Below, in pieces: positions 58,012 through 64,000 of a stretch of 64,000 bases of DNA. The position numbers and the translations under genes were made by a program. Position 1 is the stretch's first letter. Every line of letters begins with the position of its first letter. Below the pieces are notes generated by a model that saw nothing but the letters and a program-made list of their open reading frames with translations, did not search any database and had not been told where the DNA came from. Origin of the DNA: a virus; IMG/VR virus record IMGVR_UViG_3300025120_000037, positions 4,127 to 68,126 of that record. One strand, 5' to 3'.

Positions 58012-59127
58012 TTGTTTATTGACAACGATTTTCCGAAGATTCTCGGTGCTGAGCTTTACCGTCCGCACCCTGCTTACGTCGTGGAAATGGCCGCTGAACC
58101 AGTGGTCGTACATGACTTTTCTAAGCAGCCAGGTCAGACGGTACAACTCGATCGGTACCGGTTCTTCGGTAACCCTGGCTCTAAGGAGTCACGTGAGCGT
58201 ACAGCAGAGCAAACGATTGGTACTGCAAACAGCAGGAATATCGTAAAAGATAAGGTTCAAGTAACCCTTCGTGAATATACAGGGCCTGCAGATCCTAGTG
58301 ATCCTACACAGCCTTCTACATTCAAGATTGCGCGTGAGACTCTTATCACTGCTCAGCGTCTTTTGCTGGACACTGGTAACCTCACCACCTTCCACCAGTC
58401 AATCGGCAGCTTGACTCTGCTTGATGACTACCGCCGTTGGCGCGACCGGGTGTTCATTAATGAACTCCTTAAGTCCGTATCTAAGGGTCAGGCTTCTGAT
58501 TCCCAAGGTGGTTACTATTTCCCCGGCGATCTCGCTACCGGTGCATTAACTTACACCAACGCTGAGCAAGCCAAATTTGACGTCAAGGATGACCTCCTTC
58601 GTGTAGTCAAGTCCCTACGCAAGCGTAATACTCCGACCTTCCAGGACGGTTTCTACCGCTGCATCTGTGACCCTACATTTTTGATGCACTTGCGTCAAAA
58701 CTCTGACTTCCGTGAGGTGGCTCGCTACCCCGGTAACGGTCAAATCAATCCCCTTATGTCAGGCATGCAGCCTAACGCTGCACTGTACATGGGTCAGGGC
58801 TTCGGCCAAGCTACTTTTGTGGCTGGCGAACCAATTATGCCGACTGGCTTCGTCTTTGAGGGTGTGCGATTCTTCGAATCCACCAACATGCCTTCTCAGA
58901 CTCAAGCTGCGACAGTTGCAGGTGCCGCTCAAGATTACAACGCCGCTGTTGGTATCTTCTTCGGTCCTCAGTGTGTCGGCGTAGGCATCGGCGGCAACAA
59001 TGCCCAGGTGCTCCTTAATAACAACGACGACTTCAGCCGGTTCATCCAGATGATTTGGTCGTTGTATGCCGGTTTCGAACTGCTTAATGCAGATTTCGTT
59101 ACCGTTGGTTACTCTTTCGACGCTTGA
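58012..59127 (+). CDS. Major capsid protein
   Basis: 371 aa; PGQTVQL.R, V.LREY, Y.CICDP, G..FEGVRFFESTN, FFG...VG, DDFSR....W pattern of HK97-fold capsids; TTG start. Confidence 0.85.
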   Translation: MFIDNDFPKILGAELYRPHPAYVVEMAAEPVVVHDFSKQPGQTVQLDRYRFFGNPGSKESRERTAEQTIGTANSRNIVKDKVQVTLREYTGPADPSDPTQPSTFKIARETLITAQRLLLDTGNLTTFHQSIGSLTLLDDYRRWRDRVFINELLKSVSKGQASDSQGGYYFPGDLATGALTYTNAEQAKFDVKDDLLRVVKSLRKRNTPTFQDGFYRCICDPTFLMHLRQNSDFREVARYPGNGQINPLMSGMQPNAALYMGQGFGQATFVAGEPIMPTGFVFEGVRFFESTNMPSQTQAATVAGAAQDYNAAVGIFFGPQCVGVGIGGNNAQVLLNNNDDFSRFIQMIWSLYAGFELLNADFVTVGYSFDA

Positions 59128-59141
59128 GGAGGTAACTAACT

Positions 59142-60005
59142 ATGACTATTAACCCAAATCAGGTTCACGTTTCCAAGATTTATCCTGGTAACTATACGAA
59201 CGTTCTTCGTTACTGGCACGAAGAAAAGACCATGCAGTTCGAGAACGCCAATGGCGTTCAGACGAGCTACACCAACCAACCCGTTGGTGGTCCTGTCGGT
59301 GTTGTTTTCCAACCTGGCTGGATTGCACAGCAAGCTGTTGGCTATTTGGACCTGAGCTTCCAAGCTCTTGGAACCACTAACCAACTTTCTTACTACACCC
59401 AAGCTTACGCTTCGGGCACTCCGTTCTTGAACGGAAATGTCATCATCCCTTCACCCGACTTCCATAAGGATGTACGGGCTGATATCGCTGATGGCATCAA
59501 GGCACCTGCTGGTGCTTATGTGTATCGCGCTTCTCTGCGTGTTGACGGCGGCGACGTTGTTAGCTCCGGAGTATTCGGCGGTTCCGCTACTCCTCAACTG
59601 ACTCTTATCCCCGCTGTGGGTGAAGGTCTTAGAGATAACGGCACTGTTGTCTCTGGTCAGTTCGGTGTTTCTCTCACCGGTGCCAGCAGCCGCATTGCTA
59701 ATGGCAGCGTTGGTTCCACCAACATCATCGATTCCAGCAGCCTCGCGGCTCTGGGTTCGGAGACTCAGTGGAAACTCTTCACTACCACCGATCTTGGCGG
59801 TGCCTCTGCTTCTGGTCTAGCTCAAGGTTCGGGTATCTACGATCCTCGTGCTACCAACGGAAAACTTTCCGGCGAAAACAAAGCTTTGGCTATTGCCGAA
59901 GTTTGCTGGATTGTTGCCGATGAGCCACCCGAGCGCCAGGATGTTGCTCTGCAACCCGATGGTCTGGTCGAATCTCAGACATACACTTCTACAAGCCCCT
60001 CCTGA
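59142..60005 (+). CDS. Minor capsid/decoration protein
   Basis: Follows the capsid gene; strong GAGGAGG RBS. Confidence 0.6.
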   Translation: MTINPNQVHVSKIYPGNYTNVLRYWHEEKTMQFENANGVQTSYTNQPVGGPVGVVFQPGWIAQQAVGYLDLSFQALGTTNQLSYYTQAYASGTPFLNGNVIIPSPDFHKDVRADIADGIKAPAGAYVYRASLRVDGGDVVSSGVFGGSATPQLTLIPAVGEGLRDNGTVVSGQFGVSLTGASSRIANGSVGSTNIIDSSSLAALGSETQWKLFTTTDLGGASASGLAQGSGIYDPRATNGKLSGENKALAIAEVCWIVADEPPERQDVALQPDGLVESQTYTSTSPS

Positions 60006-60032
60006 TCCTCAGAGAGAACTTGATTGGTACAC

Positions 60033-60063
60033 AAAGACTCCTTTTCGAAGGGGTCTTTTTTTT
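60033..60063 (+). terminator. Intrinsic terminator
   Basis: AAAGACTCCTT-TTCG-AAGGGGTCTTT followed by a T-run. Confidence 0.9.
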
Positions 60064-60147
60064 GATTTAATGTTCTTATGCAAATGTTTTGTGCATTTTG
60101 TTTACTAACCGCCAAAGTTAACAAAGAGCACTTTCTTCCTCCAACAC

Positions 60148-60420
60148 ATGGACGGTAAAGACCTCTCAGATTTCAAACTAAGCCGTAAAGAATGTGAAAA
60201 ATGCGGCGCGGTGTGGTTAAACGGAGTTCATCACTGGGCGACTGGTGCAATAGGTAGCGAATATGACCTTGCAGGGCTTGTTTGCAACACAGTGAACTCC
60301 CCTCAGTGTATAAATCGTAAAAAAGGGGAGGTAGGCGGTGACACTTGGGCTGATAGAAGAAAATTTTTGGATAGTTTAGGTAACTCACTTGACGGATTAG
60401 ACGGACTGAGCCCCAAATAA
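60148..60420 (+). CDS. Cys-containing cyanophage-type hypothetical protein
   Basis: CEKCGAVWLNG.H.W.TG....DLAGLVCN.....CIN. Confidence 0.7.
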   Translation: MDGKDLSDFKLSRKECEKCGAVWLNGVHHWATGAIGSEYDLAGLVCNTVNSPQCINRKKGEVGGDTWADRRKFLDSLGNSLDGLDGLSPK

Positions 60421-60473
60421 GCAAAATTACAAAGATTTTGACCTAAGCTGCTGCTTACATACTGACTATTCAG

Positions 60474-60929
60474 ATGTCTTCGAAAGTATACAAGCCAAGT
60501 GGCGTCAAAATTGACGTAATTTCAACTCTAGACGAGGGTGAGTACTTCATGGTGCGCTCTACAACAACCGGTAAGGTGTTTATCGCCCATAAAGACCAGG
60601 TTGACGCTCTCGTAGAAGAAAACGTTGAAGAACCTAAGGGAAATCAACTGCAAACACGTCGCGGACGCCGAACTGCTAAAAAATCAGACGACAAACCGTC
60701 AGTTGTTAAGCCCTTACCTCCTGTTGACACAAGAATCAACCTTAATACGTTGACTCCCGAAGGTTTATCGCAGTGTTTACCGGGTGTAGGTCTTAAAACT
60801 GCAAAAGAAATCGTAGAACTTCGTCAATCTTTACCAGGTGAACGCTTCACCAAACTCGAACAACTCGAAACTATAAAACGAGTTGATTGGATCGAAGTGT
60901 TTGCTACTGGGTCTGTGTACGTAGAATAA
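60474..60929 (+). CDS. Helix-hairpin-helix (ComEA-like) DNA-binding protein
   Basis: INLNT...L...LPGVGLKTAKEIVELR.....F..LEQL. Confidence 0.8.
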   Translation: MSSKVYKPSGVKIDVISTLDEGEYFMVRSTTTGKVFIAHKDQVDALVEENVEEPKGNQLQTRRGRRTAKKSDDKPSVVKPLPPVDTRINLNTLTPEGLSQCLPGVGLKTAKEIVELRQSLPGERFTKLEQLETIKRVDWIEVFATGSVYVE

Positions 60930-60951
60930 GTAAAAGTAAGAAGCAGTAGTC

Positions 60952-61572
60952 GTGGCGCAATTATCTCAAAACGAACTTGAGCAAATTCAAAGTTACCTTG
61001 CACAGCAGGGTGTAACTTTTAACGCCACTTCTACTGACGCCAGTAAACGTGAAATAGTTTACGCAGCTGTTAATCAGCTGTCTCGCAACCCTGCTCAGGT
61101 ATTTGGGTACGCGTTAGACGATTTTAATTTCAGTAGAGTCGCGTATCACTTGGGATATAACATCGCCACGGTTCCTGCTGGTGATTACGCAAGACTTCTC
61201 GAAGCTTGCAATAGCATTCCTAGTGAGTTTTATAACGACAAGATTGTTCAGCAGGTTGAGCGCTGTGAAGATGCAGAGCGCTTGACTGAACTTGCTACAG
61301 GTCGGGCCACTAGCCGTCAAGAGACTATTCTTGGTGACGTCTCTCGTTCGATCAGCATTCAGGACAAACGAGAGACTGCCAGAATCTGGCGTGAAAACTA
61401 TCTGTACGAATGCAATCGTTTAGCAGAGATGCTTTACGTTCCGAATTACAAGGATCCTGTGGCGTCTCGTTACAGGTTTGAGAGGAGCGGAGGAGAATTT
61501 ATTCAGGCAATCCCTGGACCTCCTGATGTATCACGGTCTGATCGTCTCTACTTTTATAAAAATTGGCGCTAA
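60952..61572 (+). CDS. Putative head-completion/adaptor protein
   Basis: RVAYHLGY motif; position after the capsid operon. Confidence 0.5.
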   Translation: MAQLSQNELEQIQSYLAQQGVTFNATSTDASKREIVYAAVNQLSRNPAQVFGYALDDFNFSRVAYHLGYNIATVPAGDYARLLEACNSIPSEFYNDKIVQQVERCEDAERLTELATGRATSRQETILGDVSRSISIQDKRETARIWRENYLYECNRLAEMLYVPNYKDPVASRYRFERSGGEFIQAIPGPPDVSRSDRLYFYKNWR

Positions 61573-61607
61573 AGTGAGATCAATGTGAATAACCTTTTTT
61601 TAGAGGT

Positions 61608-63092
61608 TTGACTATGTATTCAGGTATTGGTGCTGCTGTTGGAAAATTAGGTATTCAAAACGCAGATGATCTGGCTCGACTGATCATGCCTGCTGTCCAG
61701 CAGATGGATAATCCAGCTCTCGTCAACAAAGCTTTGTCGGGTTTGCGGAGGATGGGTGCAAATGTCGGTAGTTTGGTAGACGACTTAGTACCAAGTTCAG
61801 TTCTTAAACGCGTTCCTGCTAGACAAGCACCTCGTCCTGAGTTCGGTCGAATTGGTAGAGATATGGGAGAGGGCTTGATTGGCGAAAGCCCTCAAGCTGT
61901 AAATAGACAGATTGCAGCAACAAGAGCTACTCAAGCTCCTCGTCCTGAGTTTAATAGAGCACTCCCTGATGGTGCCCGTCCTGACACTGTTTTAAATCGG
62001 ATGGGAGGTCGAGTAGTACCCATGGGACCTAATCCAGCTACGCCAACTCGAGGTATTGAAGGCACTCAACTTCGCTTTCCTTTGACACAACCTGGAAAAG
62101 GTAGTCGGACTTATTCCCCAATGAAATCCAGTGGGGATCCTGACAATGTTCGGATCAGCATGGGGCGTACTCTTGCCAATGAAAGTGCTAAGGAAGCAGC
62201 GGAAGGTTTAGCTAGAGAGGCAGCTGAATCTGGACTTACAAGAGGCCCTGGTCGTTACAACATAGGTTCTGCTGCTGACGAGATTCAAGTCTTTGCCGAT
62301 CAAATGCGTAATGCAGCTGGCGGTAATCAATTCGTAGATTTAAATCTTCTCGGGAAGTTAGGTCTTGGTGCTGGAGGTATTGCTGCCTTAATTGGAGGTA
62401 TGAATCAAGACCAAACTGGCGAAACAACTGCAAGGGTTTCTGCACCAGTCACACCTTTCCTTAGGGAAAACGACGGAACACCTTTAGGAGAAGCTCCTAG
62501 TCAGCTTGTTCCCAATAACCCTCCTTCTCTCGGAAATATTGATCCGACCCCTCCTACACTGATTAGTCAGAACACTAATAATGAAGCACTAAACAGTAAT
62601 ATTCGGTCAGCTCTAGCTCAATCTGACCCTATGGCTGCAGAAATCGTCCGGGCTACGGAGCCCTTGAGTCCTGAGAAATACGCAACAGCTGATGAATATT
62701 TTGCAGCTCGCGAAGCTTATACAAATCAAGCCGATGTCCGCAGACAAATCAACGACATGATGGCTGTGAGGTCTGAAGGTGACTCTGGTCTTCAAGCTTG
62801 GGCTCAGAACTTTCCTCAACTGGCTTACGAGCTACAACGTCAGCAGATGGCAGATCCCAACGCTAATCAACAGAGCGCTGAGGCCATGACTACAACTGTG
62901 ACTAATACTGAGCTCGGGTCTGATTTAGGTGCGAACGCTCAAGGTAACGCAGAAGCAGCTGGTGAAGTTGGGGTTAACCCCACCCAAGGAGCTTTTGATA
63001 TGGAGGCTGCAACTCGACCAATTACTCAAGATGCTCTTCAACGTGTCAATCAATATATGAGTTCATTTGGTCAGTACCCTAAGTTTCGATAG
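61608..63092 (+). CDS. Large hypothetical protein (internal virion-like)
   Basis: 494 aa, low complexity, QAPRPEF duplicated. Confidence 0.7.
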   Translation: MTMYSGIGAAVGKLGIQNADDLARLIMPAVQQMDNPALVNKALSGLRRMGANVGSLVDDLVPSSVLKRVPARQAPRPEFGRIGRDMGEGLIGESPQAVNRQIAATRATQAPRPEFNRALPDGARPDTVLNRMGGRVVPMGPNPATPTRGIEGTQLRFPLTQPGKGSRTYSPMKSSGDPDNVRISMGRTLANESAKEAAEGLAREAAESGLTRGPGRYNIGSAADEIQVFADQMRNAAGGNQFVDLNLLGKLGLGAGGIAALIGGMNQDQTGETTARVSAPVTPFLRENDGTPLGEAPSQLVPNNPPSLGNIDPTPPTLISQNTNNEALNSNIRSALAQSDPMAAEIVRATEPLSPEKYATADEYFAAREAYTNQADVRRQINDMMAVRSEGDSGLQAWAQNFPQLAYELQRQQMADPNANQQSAEAMTTTVTNTELGSDLGANAQGNAEAAGEVGVNPTQGAFDMEAATRPITQDALQRVNQYMSSFGQYPKFR

Positions 63093-63122
63093 ACCTAAAC
63101 TACACTTACGAGGCACTTAACT

Positions 63123-63656
63123 ATGGAAAATCAAGGACAGAGTTTTATCGAAAAACTCGACAACATTGCCGGAGACGTTCTTCCTTACCTTGAAGCAGCG
63201 GCTGCCTTCAAGCGTGGCTACCAAGGCGGCGGTCAAATGCGTTTTGGTAATGACCGTATGCAGGGAATGCTTTTGGAGCAACTCGAAAAATCACGTGAAC
63301 GCAATGAAACTGCAGTTAGAGAAGCAAAGAGAGAAGAAGCTGCCCGTAGGTCACAAAGTCGCACAGATAAAGCCGTAGAATCACTTCTCAAAGGCGGTAA
63401 AATCTCTGAGGAGGATTACTTCAGGTATATGCAGGAAGGCTTAATGCCTACTTTCGGATCTCCAGAGGTAGATGTTAGTGATGACCCCGATTTTGATCTT
63501 CAAAAATATATTGGAGAAGGCGGAACACCAAACACTCTTGGTTTCCCAGCCATTGTCAAAGCTTTAAAAGATGGACTTAGCATCCCACAGATACAGGACG
63601 CAGCTACTCAAAATAACTATGGGTTTGGTCAGAAGGCTAAAGATACTTTCTTCTGA
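63123..63656 (+). CDS. Hypothetical protein with a C-terminal copy of the 18.5-19.7 kb repeat domain
   Basis: LQKYIGEGG....LGFPAIVKALKDGLSIPQI......NYGFGQKA. Confidence 0.7.
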   Translation: MENQGQSFIEKLDNIAGDVLPYLEAAAAFKRGYQGGGQMRFGNDRMQGMLLEQLEKSRERNETAVREAKREEAARRSQSRTDKAVESLLKGGKISEEDYFRYMQEGLMPTFGSPEVDVSDDPDFDLQKYIGEGGTPNTLGFPAIVKALKDGLSIPQIQDAATQNNYGFGQKAKDTFF

Positions 63657-63701
63657 TACACCACGTAAACTGCTTACATAGCAAGACTGACCTAAGTAAC
63701 A

Positions 63702-64000
63702 ATGGCCTCCACCTCGACTAACAAGCAACCGTTGATGGTTGACCGCCCGTTCTTTCGGGGTGCGAAGATCAACAGCGGAACGACAGTAATCTCTGATCAA
63801 GGCAATCCGGACTTTTCTGATCTAATCCAGTTAGTCCGTGTGGGCGACATCCCATCCGAAGATGGTGCGATGGTCGAGGATATCTTCCTTGTTTCTAACG
63901 AGGGATACCCCGATGACAGCGGAGTCCGCACCGCTGCTTTTGGTGTATACGTGTATGCACCTAACCAAGCTGCTCCTTCGACCTCTACTGCTTTACTGGT
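63702..64000 (+). CDS. Putative structural protein, 3'-truncated
   Basis: ATG 63702 MASTSTNKQPLMVDRPFFRG..., open to the window end. Confidence 0.65.
   Translation, partial: MASTSTNKQPLMVDRPFFRGAKINSGTTVISDQGNPDFSDLIQLVRVGDIPSEDGAMVEDIFLVSNEGYPDDSGVRTAAFGVYVYAPNQAAPSTSTALL

Noticed and set aside
59120-59142. Capsid stop read-through or frameshift extension
   Set aside because: TGA is followed by an in-frame TAA four codons later, no slippery site is evident, and the next gene has its own strong RBS.
60474-60929. psbU photosynthesis gene
   Set aside because: Shares only the generic HhH motif; no signal peptide; structural-gene context.

Overview
The window is part of a tailed dsDNA bacteriophage genome, most likely a lytic cyanophage. 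Host evidence is an NblA-like gene, a DUF4278-like gene with an NtcA box, and a cyanobacterial-type boxA. Layout: (1-10.4 kb) three paralogous Ser/Thr/Gly-rich fibre or receptor-binding genes, HNH genes, small basic proteins and a lysis cassette; (10.4-29.6 kb, mostly minus strand) thyX, primase-helicase, exonuclease, SSB, family A DNA polymerase, a DUF3150-like/MoxR AAA+/vWA operon and dCTP deaminase; (29.7-33.5 kb) small early genes fed by a ~1 kb non-coding, hairpin-dense region that probably includes the genome end; (34.5-53.6 kb) putative internal virion proteins with glycosyltransferase, methyltransferase and glycosidase genes around the terminase; (53.8-64 kb) portal, scaffold, major capsid and head-completion genes. 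Best leads: a putative virion glycosylation system, an NtcA-boxed DUF4278 gene plus NblA (host nitrogen takeover), a ~570-nt structured leader RNA starting with boxA, a 500-nt portal/scaffold dual-coding overlap, and a window-wide grammar of one -10 element per gene. All calls come from reading motifs by eye; no searches were run. No tRNA, rRNA, CRISPR array, integrase or reverse transcriptase was seen.
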